Shown here piece after piece: positions 11,973 to 24,712 of a stretch of DNA of 64,000 nt. Positions within the stretch are counted from its first letter, which is position 1, and each line of letters opens with the position of its first letter. The DNA lies in the NCBI GenBank assembly GCA_951406725.2, contig OX597823.1:66464001-66528000 (forward strand). Reading direction: 5' to 3'. The notes under the pieces were generated by a model. That model worked only from the letters and a program-made list of their open reading frames with translations, searched no databases and was not told the DNA's origin. Origin of the DNA: Octopus vulgaris. Lineage: Eukaryota. Position numbers and translations under genes: made by a program.

Positions 11973-13103
11973 CATTGCTTTTCTTTCATTCATATTGTGT
12001 CTCCATTTATATATTTAAATTGTGAATAGTGAATACAGAAATACACAATACTTTTCACACGTAAAGGCAATTAATCATTTAGTTAAATATTTAGAGACTG
12101 TACTATTTTGGGAGTAGTGATAATTTTTCGATATTGATATCTAACGGTAATTCGTGACGCTAAACTTTCGTAGCGAAGAAGCCTAGTTAAATGAAATACA
12201 ATGTGTATATCACCTGTAGCAATTTAATCAAACGGAAAAATGAAAGACTAAATGACAAAAGGTAAATATATCATAAAGGTATTTAGAAAGATACTCGGAA
12301 GTTTGTACTAATTATTTACATTTTTGTAGTTCTTTGCAAAATTGTCAAATACAGAGACGTGATTTACGCTGACTTTTACTGGACCTCTCAATCTGATGCA
12401 AAGAATATAGAAGACCGATTCCCAGAACATAAATCTGATCACACTCTTTGTGATCTCATCACACAGGTGCTGTTAAAGCATGATATATGGTTTTAGGGGT
12501 GTATAACATCCGAGAAAATTAATAACCACTGCGACAGGTATCTACGGTGTCTATTTATGAGATCACATCAGATAAAATCGTGCGTGTCCCACAGCAGTGA
12601 TAGCCTACCTTCGCTATGAGGTACAGCTCAATGGAATGGAAGCCCTGAACCATCTTTTGTTGAAACAGACTTCTTGATATCACAGATACGCCTGTGCATG
12701 TAGTTAGATAGAAGCTCATATCTTATGATGTTTGTATAACTAAAAGGCAGCGAGGATATTAGACAATCATCTACAGAATCTAGTAGAACAATGGACGTAT
12801 CTGTTTTAAGTTATTGAGAAATTATTTACAACTTGTGTAGATTCTAACAATTATTTAACTTCAATGAATTAACTAAGGTAGACTGACAAATGTAGTTTAC
12901 CAAGTAAATGATAATGATGTTTGTGTAATTAAGACAACCAAACTTCAATGAAATTTATCACTTAGTTTTTTTTTCATTTTCTCTGTTCCCTCATCTAGCT
13001 CTCATTTTTTGTTTACGCACTTACGCATACACATATATAGATGTCTATGTATACATGTATGTACGTACGAATGTACTATGTGCGTCTATACACAATGTGT
13101 GTA

Positions 13104-13140
<37 letters not shown>

Positions 13141-13236
13141 GTATGTATGCATGCATGTATGTATGTATGTATGTATGTATGTATGTATGTATGTATGTAT
13201 GTATGTATGTATGTATGTATGTATGTATGTATAGTT

Positions 13237-13630
13237 GGTCTGAGAATAACAGCAGAACTAAATTATCAGTATTAAACTGCTCTGACGTGATGCTGGAACA
13301 AATTACAGGGAAACACTTCCCACATAGAAGGTCTAACTATTTATCGTCATACATAAATATAATTCGAATCAACCATCCTGTATAATCAATAACTTCGACG
13401 GTGTTCTGTTGTGTCTGGGGAGAGTCATTTTCTTTTTTTGCCTTATAATTTAACACACTCACAGGTAAAACACACGAATTCACATAAAGAATCTTGCAAA
13501 CCAAATCCCAAAACGAAATATTCGAGGGTATCATTAAAAAGGGAATTTCCAAACCTTTGACCGCTAAGGATACGTTACCATTCTATAACGAACCCCTGAA
13601 TTCTAACGAATTTAATGAAGAGCTTCTGTA
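13237..13630 (+). pseudogene. Penelope-like element reverse transcriptase C-terminal remnant
   Basis: GLRITAELNYQ/VLNCSDVMLEQITGKHFPHRRSNYLSSYINIIRINHP…YNEPLNSNEFNEEL resembles the PLE RT region [40 protein letters not shown]..SNHP…YNEALKKSGF. It begins right after a (TATG)n tract. Confidence 0.65.
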
Positions 13631-16600
13631 GGTGTTATTATCAGTACAGAAGTACACCAAATAAGAGAAAGCCAGAAAAAATATCGACAGCTTAAACCTA
13701 CTGTTAACCTTGAAAGTATTAACAAAAGTTGCAGTCACCTTCATAACACTAAGCGGTGATAAAATCTCAAGAGACACAAATATCACAAATAATTCTGCGG
13801 AGACAAAAGTCAAATACAACGAACAAAAGAAAAAAAAGAATACACAGACCATCCAAATATACCGTATAGATAGTCATACGATTGTCAATAGTTATTTCCA
13901 AAACTAACTGTCTCCGGTGAATATGTATAATGTTATGTACCAACAAAATGTGTCGTAAATATTTTCAATATACCAAATAAATGTGGGTTTCTTATTTCTA
14001 AACCAATGGCATCCGTCATCTAGTGAATATTTCATCAAAAATATTTTAGAATTATTTCCTATCCCCATTCATGTTCAACTATAGGAATATTATTTATTGT
14101 GCCTTTCCTTTGTTATTTTACGTCTTATGTTGTGCATGTGAAAAAAATTAAACCTCGGGATCTCCCTATGTTCTATTTTTTTTTTTTGGCAGTTGGAAAT
14201 ATGTTGGCGCGTGTTTTGAAGTTAATTCTGCCAGGAATATTGAGAACACTTAACTTTTAAAAAGTTTTAAATGTCTTAAGATAACCATTTCTTCTAAATT
14301 TAAGAAATGAAGTAGAAGATCAAATGCTCTGAAGCACGTTAGCAGTAAAAAGAATCAATAACAATTAGGCACTCAATGTTGTGACAACTTTTCGTGTTTT
14401 CTTCTCTGTACTGAGTTGTCCAATGTCCAATGCTTTGCGTTAGATAGCAATGCTAGTACCAGATGAGATATTCGTGTTATTTAGTGCTTTTATTATTGCG
14501 TTTTTGCATGTCAAATAATGATTTTCTCTGTATATATATCAGTGCCTTTCATTGTTTACATTAACATTCTTTCCTTTAGAATGTTTTTAATCCTTTGCTT
14601 TTCTGTTTTTATAAATATTAGGGTCATAATTGCTATGAACATTGTGGTTACATTTTTCAGCGCATTGAAAACCACTAGTAAACACTACAAAAGGGATGTT
14701 TGCGATAAATTGCATGTATTCTAAAATGTGTTACGACGGACATTCATTTTTCATCTAAAGTAATAATTCCAATGTTTTGATGTCTTATGTTTGTAAATAG
14801 GACAAACAACTTCATAGAATGATAAGGAGAAAAGTTTGCTTAGTGGATCTCTATGAAAACGTGTTGCCAAAATAAATAACAATAATCATGATGATCCTCA
14901 GCATGCAAATTAACATTGATCCTCAGCATGCAAATTAAACTAATTAGCGTTAAGTTTAGAAAGTAACAAAATACCGGTTTTGAATTTTTTACCTATGAAT
15001 TTACCTTCGGACAGCTTAACCTTCGTGACTTCACTACCATAATATTAAAATTTCTCTTATGTGGATTGGCAAAAGTTAATTAGGATTTCTATATTTGAAA
15101 ATGCAGGGAACATCCTGAGTAACACAAATCGTGGAGGAATTTTGCAAAATGTTAGGGTAATGGAGAACTCTGATTTGACAAATTACCAACATAACTTTCT
15201 TAATCCCATTTTTCCATTACCCATAATGTTTGATGTCGTGTCATTTCATGGAAGAAACAGACTTATTTACTATATTTTACATTCTACAATCGCATCGTTT
15301 CTGTCACTTAGCCACAATCGACACTATTAGTTTTATATGATCTGTGTAAATCAACTTCATGGTACCTATCTCTCCACAACACATTGGTTTCTTAACCCGT
15401 AAAAATCGGACATTTGAAATTTGTGAAATGTAGTGATGAAACAGGCAATAGGACAAAATTCCTGGAAAAAATTATAGAAAGTTCCTTTACATTCTGTAAA
15501 ATCGCATGACAGCCTCTTGCCATAATGTGAATGTAGTGCAATGTATTATCCTCTTATAATTTACTGTTTGCTTAATGAAATTATATCAAAATGGTTGTAT
15601 ATGATAATCTGTTGGACGATGGGGAATTTTTCTCTCTAACATAAAAGTGCGTCTCTTTACAGTTTGAATCTTTGCCACGCTAGTTTTGAGGTTTATCGTT
15701 CATATGGAGACAAAAAAAATGCTGGGGTAGAAGTAAGCACTTACCTCACCCCCTTCAAGTAAGGCATATGCCTCAATTAATTTACAGTCTTTATATAAGA
15801 TATTTATGTTAAAGTCTTCCTAGTTATCAAAGACAGAATTCCCAGCTTAATGCATACGTCTAATATGCTGAAACTGTAACGGTTTACTAATTGATTGTTC
15901 TTGCATAAACTTCATACTGCTATCAGGGTTATCTTCTTTGGAAAAGATCTATCAAAGGAAATATTTGAAACACTCCTTTCTTCCACAAATTCAAATGAAG
16001 TATTTGTAATGTGTATGACAGTGGACTTTTACAAAGAACATCGTTTTTTAAATGTGCTTTGATGTTGGCATATAATTATTATACAATTGTGTTCATGTCA
16101 ATACGGTGGCAGACGCGCCTATTGTTGTCGATTCCTATCGATTCAGATGCCATGTATAACAGTGGTGCTCTCAAAGGACACAAACAATATGAATAAGTGA
16201 TATCAGAAAGAAATGAGAATTTGAACTCTGTTGTGTACTGCCACTACTATTTTTTGTTGCTGCTACTACTACTACTGCTACTGCTGCTGCTGCTGCTGCT
16301 GTTGCTACATTATAGAATTGTGGCTAATAGATTGTCGAATCAATAGAGCAAAATGCCCGGAAGAATTAACATAGGGTTCCTTTACATTTTGTGCTCAAAC
16401 CCATCAGTGATACCATCAATGCATTTCATGTCATCTTGATCGATATGATAATTATCAGCCATGTATTTGGGATCCATTAAGACAATTCTAAAAATCAATA
16501 TTGCCACAATGTTTAACTGGCGATGAAGTATAAAGAGTTATCTCACACTGAACCAAATCCATAATCTGCTTTCAACTCCTGTTGAAATAGATGCTATTAG

Positions 16601-16922
16601 CTATTCCTCAGTGCTTAAAATGTGAACTCAATGAATGTCACGCAGTTTAATTCCAGTTCCTATAAATATATATTTGTCAAAACGATGAAAATCAATAAAT
16701 TTGGTATTTAAATAATTGTGACTGAAATTGTTTATGTCTACCAGTTAGAACTTTGTATGTATATTTCGTGATATCACATATATTAAAATGGATGATTCGG
16801 TATAATTTGTACATATATATATATTTCTTTTAGGAAAAAACATTACATTTTCAACATTTATTCGTACCCACTTTATTCAAAAGCACTAAATTCGGCCAGT
16901 TTCGTTCTTATTTATATTTTTC

Positions 16923-17285
16923 AGGATATATGACAGTGGCTGCGTGGTAAGTAGCTTGTTTCACACTGGGCAAGTATCATCTACTATAGCCTCGGGCCGA
17001 CCAAAGCTTTGTGAGTGGATTTAGTAGACGAAAACTGAAAGAAGCCCATCGAATATATATATGTATGTATATATATGTGTGTTTATGTTTGTGTGTCTGT
17101 GTTTGTCTCCTCCAACATCGCTTGATAACCAATGCTGGTTCGGCAAAAGAGACCGATAGGATAAGTACTAGACTCACACAGAATAATTATTCCTGGGGTC
17201 GATTTGCTCGACTAAAGGCGGTGCTCCAGCATGGCCGCAGTCAAATGACTGAAACAAGTAAAAGTAAAAGAGTAAAAGAGTAAGA
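16923..17285 (+). mobile_element. tRNA-derived SINE family A (internally deleted)
   Basis: GTGGCTGCGTGGTAAGTAGCTTG head, body CTACTATAGCCTCGGGCCGACCAAAGC, and 3' end GGTGCTCCAGCATGGCCGCAGTCAAATGACTGAAACAAG followed by (TAAAAG)n. Confidence 0.85.
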
Positions 17286-17530
17286 GTGCCATAATCTTCT
17301 ATATGGAATAAATCCAAAGTAAGGTTGTCTCTGAAAAGCTTATACACACCTGATGCCAACTATAACAGTTGAATTTAATGTTTTGAAACTGTATATACTA
17401 ACGTAACGTTGGTACAGCTCTTTCAACCACAACAGCGATAATAAAATTTCTTGGCAGTCGATATAGTGAATCCGAGTTCCATACAAAATGCCAACCCACC
17501 AATTCGTTGTTTCTTATTCTATAAACTCAG

Positions 17531-18288
17531 TACACGAGGTCTGATCAATAGGTATCCGGACTGTAGTCATAGTAACGAAACTGAAGCACACAGAGTGAAA
17601 CCACTTGGCCTTCAACTATGCTGTGCATGCACATTAAGTTTTAACATTGTAGCTCACTTCTGCTCTTTACAGCAGTGCTTGGAAGGAACGTGTGTCGCGT
17701 ATTATCGTCGCATTGACTATGACAGGGAATGTTGTCATGGCGATACCTGCTCAGAGTCCTACGCAAAATTGCAGAAACTGTACGGAGAGGTGTGTATGAG
17801 CCGCACACAAATGTACGAGTGGTTCATACGTTCCCAAGATATCGATATTGACGACCGTTCTTGGGAGACCCGCAACCAGCAGTCTATTATCACTGAAGAT
17901 TCGAGTATGACACGCGCGGCTGCGAGGTTTGTGCTAAGATTGCTTCCATCTGTCGAAAAAGACACTCGGCTTTCAGTTGCACAAGTTTTCCTGGATTCTG
18001 TCAAGAATGAAGAATTTTTTTTGAAAACTTTGCGTAGATCTTTGAGCAGATAACGCCAAGCTTTTTGTAACATTTGATGCAGATTCTCTGCTCAACTTTC
18101 TCTGTCATGGTCAATGCGACAATCACTCGCTACGCACCTTCCTTCCAAATACAGTTGTTAAAAGGAAAAGTGAGCTAGAATGTTGAAACTCGGTATGCAT
18201 GGGTCAATCTGTGCCAAGCGGTTTCACGCTGCATGCTTTAGCTTCGTTGCTACGGCAATAGTCCGGATATTTATTGATCAGACTACTA
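17531..18288 (+). mobile_element. Non-autonomous mariner derivative with ~250-bp inverted arms
   Basis: Left end TACACGAGGTCTGATCAATAGGTATCCGGAC and right end GTCCGGATATTTATTGATCAGAC. Internal peptides GDTCSESYAKLQKLYGEVCMSRTQMYEWF (mariner HTH) and IITEDSSMTRAAARFVLRLL (WVPRLL-like linker). No DD34D domain. Confidence 0.85.
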
Positions 18289-19163
18289 TTTCTTTGTTTA
18301 AAGAGTTAACATAAGGCATGGCCTTACAAAATCTTTTCAAAATATATTTACACAGTTATATTTGTATGAATGCCTTTATATGTATATCGATTAGAACTAC
18401 GTGTTTACAACCATACATTCATCCGATATTGTTATGAAGAAAAAAATGTCGAGGCAACAGTTATTAAATTATTATATTGTAAATATGTAGAAAAATTTAG
18501 ATTGAAAGAATTTCTAACAATTTCAGTAGCAACAACACACTGAAATAGCTAATCTTATTAAATCATTCTTAAAGAACATATACAGATAATATTGTGCCTT
18601 TAACCCTAACGACCGACCATCGTACATCATTCTGTAAAGACATCTGAAGGAAAAGAAATAAAAACAAAATGTGTAACGATAAAAGAGTGACTATATTTAG
18701 TAAAAGATACAAAGAGTTCTTATCTTTTATTTAGAGATTATGAAAGTATTGAAGTTTGTAATATCGATAAATATGTATGACACCACATCTAATAAAGTAC
18801 AGAGTTTTCATAATTTTCCTTGCGTATATCTATTTCTCTCTCTTCTCTTTCTTCACTATTCTCTCTTTTCTCTCTGTAAATATATATATATATATATGTG
18901 TGTGCGTGTGTGTGTGTGTGTGTATAAGTGTGTGTGTATGTGCAGTATATAGATACCAACAAAAGACTTGATATATGTATGTATACAATCACACATACAT
19001 GCATACAAAAGGATATGGTATATAATTGTTTATCATTCGTTTGTTACTAGGTTAAGCAATGTGTTTATACTTATTAATTTTTTATGTACCCTATCGTACT
19101 TTCTCAGTAAGTTACGTTTATCCTTGAAGGAAGATATATATACTCACACTCGCACACACACAC

Positions 19164-19232
<69 letters not shown>

Positions 19233-19237
<5 letters not shown>

Positions 19238-19465
19238 CTTTACTACCCACAAGGGGCTAAACACAGAGGGGACAAACAAGGACAGACAAAGGGATTAAGT
19301 CGATTACATCGACCCCAGTGCGCAACTGGTACTTAATTTATCAACTCCGAAAGGATGAAAGGCAAAGTCGACGTCGGAGGAAATTTGAACTCAGAACGCA
19401 ACGACAGACGAAATACGGCTACGAATTTCGCCCGGCGTGCTAACGTTTCTGCCAGCTCGCCGCCT
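19233..19465 (-). mobile_element. tRNA-derived SINE family B, tail type B2
   Basis: Minus-strand head AGGCGGCGAGCTGGCAGAAACGTTAGC, box-B-like GAGTTCAAAT, core GCCTTTCATCCTTTCGGAG and tail CCCCTTGTGGGTAGTAAAGAAATA running into (TA)n. Confidence 0.9.
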
Positions 19466-20294
19466 TCAATATATATATATAAGTTTTCCGCTTCTGATGA
19501 TGATCTCAATAACCCAAAAATGTCAACGATACTTTTCGCAATTGATCTCTGGGGGGTTTCATATTCTGTATCTTGTTTCATGTATTGAGATCACAACGGA
19601 CAACATTATTCGCGGCGGGAAATTAGAATGTTTATATTGGGATAATCTCAAGATCTAAACTTCGCTACTCATTCGAGCACTCCAGCTTAATTTGTTGACA
19701 GTTAATCCTAGATGTCTTGCGGTACTTCATTCCACGAGGTTTTGTCCGAGAAGCGTGTGTATGGTAGCTAAAGTGAAGTCTGTTCAACGAATTCGATTAA
19801 TTCAAATTTATTCTCTTTTAGATGTGTATTGTGTTTTTCTACCTATCGGATGACAGCAAGCAGATCATATACGAGATTTTTCCAGGGCCCTACTTCGTCG
19901 ACGATATTCAGAAGTTTACAATCAACCGGGAAGAATATAAGGTTGCTATTTGATGACAAAGATGTTATGAATGTAAATATGTAAATGTATCTTTACATTA
20001 TGAATGTAAAGATGTTATGAATATAAATACTTAATAGGAGTGAACCCGATATTGTGTGTGCGTGGGGGTGGATGTGTGTGTATGTGTGTGTGTAATTTGT
20101 CTTCTATCTTTTAATTGTTTCACGTATTAGACTGCGGCCATCATGGGGCACTGCCTTAAGTTTTACTCCACAAATTTGACCCGATGACTTATTTTTAGAA
20201 GTCTAATAGTTATGCTATCGAACCACTAGCTTATGAGGATGTAAAACAGCAAGATCGGCTAACACGTGGTGGTCAGGCACAGATATACACAAAC

Positions 20295-20386
<92 letters not shown>

Positions 20387-20399
20387 TGTATGTATATAA

Positions 20400-21053
20400 A
20401 TTTAATTACAGGTTATATTAACCTCGTGAAGGGTTGGTTGCAGCCAAGGAAATACTGCTTCAATACCTAGTATTTTGGGGGAATGAAATTCCCTTAAAAC
20501 TATAGCTATATATTCTTTTCTACTCTAGGCACAAGGCCCGACATTTTTGAGGAGTGGGCCAGTCGACCCCGAAAGAATGAGAGATAAAGTCGACCTCAGC
20601 GGAATTTGAACACATATCGTAAAGACAAACGAAGTACCGCAAGGTATTTCGCTCGGCGTTCTAATGTTTCTGTCAGCTCACCGCCTTACAACAGGTATAT
20701 GTTAAGCATATAGTTTATAGCCTTTTAAAAGAAAAGAAAATGGAGATATAGAGGTTAATAATTGTTTATTATTCATAACAAATTGACCATCTTTGCTTCT
20801 TATAGCCATTTCAAATAATAATCAATAATTTAATTACAAATTTGTATATTAAATTTATAATTATGTGTCATGAGTATAATTTCATCAGAGAAAAAAACAC
20901 ATCTACCTTTGGATCTTGTATGTGGATCTATCAATTCATTTCAGCAGTCTCAATAATTAAATTAATGAGTGTTAATTGAAAAATGCCAGTAAGAAGTGAA
21001 GATGACCAATCTGTAGTTAAACTTCCTTATCTCCATTTTTTCTTTTCTTCTTT

Positions 21054-21055
<2 letters not shown>
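20400..21055 (-). mobile_element. PLE pLTR-like insert with inverted repeat and hammerhead-like core
   Basis: Inverted repeat at about 20725-20815 / 20970-21055. Minus-strand UUCU-CUGAUGA-A…U-GAA-AU(GGCU)AU-A-AGAA at 20797-20892. Flanked by (TA)n-type tracts on both sides. Confidence 0.55.
20512..20687 (-). mobile_element. SINE family B, tail type B1 (internally deleted)
   Basis: Tail TTTTCTACTCTAGGCACAAGGCCCG and head …CTGTCAGCTCACCGCCT. Collinear with the copy at 34590-34803. Confidence 0.85.
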
Positions 21056-21110
<55 letters not shown>

Positions 21111-22324
21111 GACAGGGTTCTTTCAGTTTTTGTCTATCATATAGCCCGAGGCTATAGTAGGAGACACTTTCCCAAGGTACCACACACCAGGACAATTTCT
21201 TTATTACACAAATTGTCCTGGTGTGTGGTACCTTGGGAAAGTGTCTCCTACTATAGCCTCGGGCTATATGATAGACAAAAACTGAAAGACCCCTGTCACT
21301 TTCCCAAGGCACCACACACCAGGACATCATGTCGTTGAGAAGCAAACTTCTTTCCACATAGCCACGCCTGCGCCTACACACAAGTAATGTTTATTACCAT
21401 TTCGATGAGCCTCCTCCATCTGGTTATCGATGCAATCTGCCCCCTATATATATTGCAAGTAGGGAAGCGAACACCTACCATATTGACATACATCGTGCAC
21501 GTCTAAGATTAACTTTCTCTGCATCTCGCTTTTACTCTCTTACTTGAAGTAAGGCATGACTGGAGAAGTCACTCAACCAATCAAGCAACTAACAAACCAG
21601 CCAAACATCCAACCAATTACCCAACCAACCAGTATCTATATCAGCTATTCTTATAGAAATATAAATGTTAAATCGGTCATATGAATTATATTAATTATGC
21701 AAAGATATGAAGACATTTCTAGATTTACATTAAAATCAATGACATTCATTAGATTTCCTACTTAGTCACGTTACTTTCTGTGGATTTGACATGAGGTTAT
21801 TTCCGTTCCAGTTATGAAAGATTTTTGATTAAGAGTACATTAAGTTTTTTTTTCTATAATATATCAGCCAATGCTGTATTAAGCACAATTTTCTTTGGTA
21901 ATACGTTTTAAGATTTGGTAGAATTTTTATAATTTCGCTTTGAGGAGAAATGTCGATATTTTGAGACACAAACTTTCAAATTAAAAGGACAGTTGATAAT
22001 GCATTTTATTTTGTATTCTATTTATTTATGGCTTATAGCAAAGCTCATACGAGTAAAATATTGAAAATAATTTTCAATTTTCACTATGAACAAACTTGGT
22101 CCAGACTGAAAGTTTTTTAGTATTTTTAGCTGTTTTATATGCTTCAGATCATTTCGTGTGTAGGTACAGTGAAAATAATGCAAGGTTCGTTTATTGGCAT
22201 TGTATTCTAGATAATTATTAAAGAAAACCACTGTAGTAGACTTAAAAAGACAGGATTAAGAGTGCATTGTATTGCTGCGAAACGTATCGCTGGATACAGA
22301 AAAAGCAGAGCAAAGAAGCAGAGC

Positions 22325-22376
22325 GAAGAAGAAGAAGAAGAAGAAGAAGAAGAAGAAGAAGAAGAAGAAGAAGAAG

Positions 22377-22419
<43 letters not shown>
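22325..22419. repeat. (AAG)n/(AAC)n microsatellite
   Basis: Read directly from the sequence. Confidence 0.95.
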
Positions 22420-22759
22420 GCATTAAGAGACCTTAAGATTTGTTTCCATAGTTTCGAATAATTGGGACCATTGCACCTCAAGTGAAATCATGGCGAATGT
22501 TTACCAGAGATGAAAAGTGGAAGGGAAAAAATAAGGCTGAGAGAAACAGACTTATAAACCAGTGCAGGACTGGATGATAACCAAAGATGACATCAATGTT
22601 ATTTGATCTCGGAGAACAGGAAATCAAGACGAATAATATAATGCAATCTAACCGAACCCCTAATTAGTCTGCCAGTAGACTGCCTTGGCTTAAATATACC
22701 AGTGGACGAAATTACATGGAATTACCTGCAATAGGTGTACAGACTTTATATTTTGTAAA

Positions 22760-22842
22760 AGGCATATTGGAAAACAAAGCATCTAAAGAAGGCATATTTA
22801 AAAACAAAACAACCAAAGAAGACATATTGTAAAACAACTAAA
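22760..22842. repeat. 30-bp minisatellite, about 2.7 diverged copies
   Basis: GGCATATTGG at 22761, GGCATATTTA at 22791 and GACATATTGT at 22821, each followed by AAAACAA. Confidence 0.75.
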
Positions 22843-24079
22843 CAGACACGCAGGCACAGAGTGTATCCATGCGAGTGTTATAATTATACAATCAACACGT
22901 AGAAATCGTAGCCTATATAGAATATTTTAGATGCAATATTATACCAATATAAAAGGACAAGCAACATTCTACCAAATAACTAATATTCTCAAAATGAATG
23001 TGCTATGAGGACATGAATAACTAAGCGTTCATTACCTGCTGAAAAGAACAACTCTATTCGTTCCTGCCACCAGAGAGACAATTACTCTGAACGTTTATAC
23101 GAGATAGTTATACAAAAAATATCCTTCAATAGATTAAATACATGGAAACAAAAATATTTGGAGCTTAAATAATGACATCTTCCTCCAAATTTAATGCAGT
23201 ACAGATAGAAGATCGAGCAATATACCAGTGGATTTCGCCTAAATATTAGATTGCCCATCAAAAGTTCATCTAAAGGCAAAAGTAATAATAGCTATGCCCA
23301 AATTTACTCCCTAGATAATCATTTTATATAAATCAAATATTACGGAGTTAATGGATCTGCTACCTGTGAAAGATATAAAAGTGCGACTATAATAGATTTA
23401 TTATAGAAAATTATCATACAAATGTTCAGTGCTTTCGAATGAAAATTGCAGTAGTGAAACATTGCACTAAATTCAATTATCTGGACCGCAAATTTAAGTA
23501 AAACTCATATAAATATTATAAATACTAAATGAAAATATTCGCTTATAGTAACGTAGGTTCACACAAATATTCCACTTGGGCTTTAAAATTATTATTAGCA
23601 ATATGGAAAGAATAATTACGTGTGAGTTTTCAAATAACAAAAATAAAACTTTCGGAAAGTAAATGGCATACTTTATAGACACTGCTTTTAATATAATTAT
23701 TTCGGTTGACGTAAAATTACAGTAGGTGCAGAACTGCTTCATCTCTTTGAGAACAACGATCTGGAGTATGTGTTGATATTTTGATAATATTCAAAATGAG
23801 ACAGTTATCATTTTTGTGACGAATGTTTTTTCTTGTAACAGGAAACATTCATCATTTTTCCTCATTTCTATCTTTCTTGTCTCCAGCATTTTGGTCACAA
23901 AATATATGCGATCTATCTTATTTATCTTAATATTTTTTTTCCTTGGAAAGAACGTCGGTTCTGTCATTGCTTGTATTTTTTTATCATTTTTTTCGTAAAG
24001 GCAAACATATATATTGACTGTTCCTTTTCGAAAATGCAACATCTTCTTAAGCATAGTTTAGAAGAAACATGACATTGAC

Positions 24080-24712
24080 ACAGATGGAAACATCACGTTT
24101 CCAGACGAATTTTTCATTAACGAAATTAAAGTATAGAAAATACAAATTCAATTAAAGGCTTCAAGGGAATCGGTAATATAGCTCACTATATTGATACAAT
24201 ACATGAAGAGAAACATGTATGTCAAACACTAGATAATTTCACGGTCAACAATGAAGAAAGGCTTCTTAACATCTCTTATATTAAAGAGATGTAATTTCAA
24301 AGATTTCACCTGATTATCGTCGTACGTTTGTGGAATTTAAGTGGATAAATAATGTAATTATCGGCACACGAGTGCATATCATTCAAGTAGGAGTCAACAG
24401 TATACAACATAATTACCATGGAATGTGATAATTACGGGAAATTTGACATTAATTTAGTCGATACAAACACATGCATCATTCATGGCATTTCAAATTTAAT
24501 AAATTCCAATACGTCTTACATTAGCATTGAATGAGAAGAAATTACAGAGGCAGACTCCGTACAAAATTTTATTATATTTCAAGCACAAAATATTTATTTC
24601 ATGGGCAACTGTATTTTGTATAGCGGAAACTACAAATATGTGTATAGTTGTTATCATTGCAATGTCAAGCAAAATCAAAAACATTGTTTACGACGAAGTG
24701 TTACTTGAGTGA
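24080..24712 (+). pseudogene. Helitron RepHel Pif1-type helicase C-terminal remnant
   Basis: In order: GTRVHIIQVGVNSI (cf. GTRLIVTQLGDNVI), IPIRLTLALNEKKLQRQT (cf. FPVRLAFAMTINKSQGQT), frameshifted HGQLYF, and terminal KIKNIVYDEVL* (cf. KTKNVVYKEVL). Confidence 0.75.

Larger units (their letters stand above)
20100..21376 (-). mobile_element. SINE family A split at its internal (TA)n by nested insertions
   Basis: 3' half at about 20100-20295 and 5' head at 21111-21376, both on the minus strand. They are separated by (TA)n, a PLE-like insert (20400-21055) and another (TA)n. Confidence 0.65.

Noticed and set aside
17451-18053. 200-aa ORF as a functional gene
   Set aside because: It begins outside the mariner end, reads through the TIR and UTR, and contains only a deleted transposase N-terminus with no catalytic domain.
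22760-22842. 30-bp repeats as a CRISPR-like array
   Set aside because: The units are contiguous diverged tandem copies without unique spacers, in a eukaryotic context with no cas genes.
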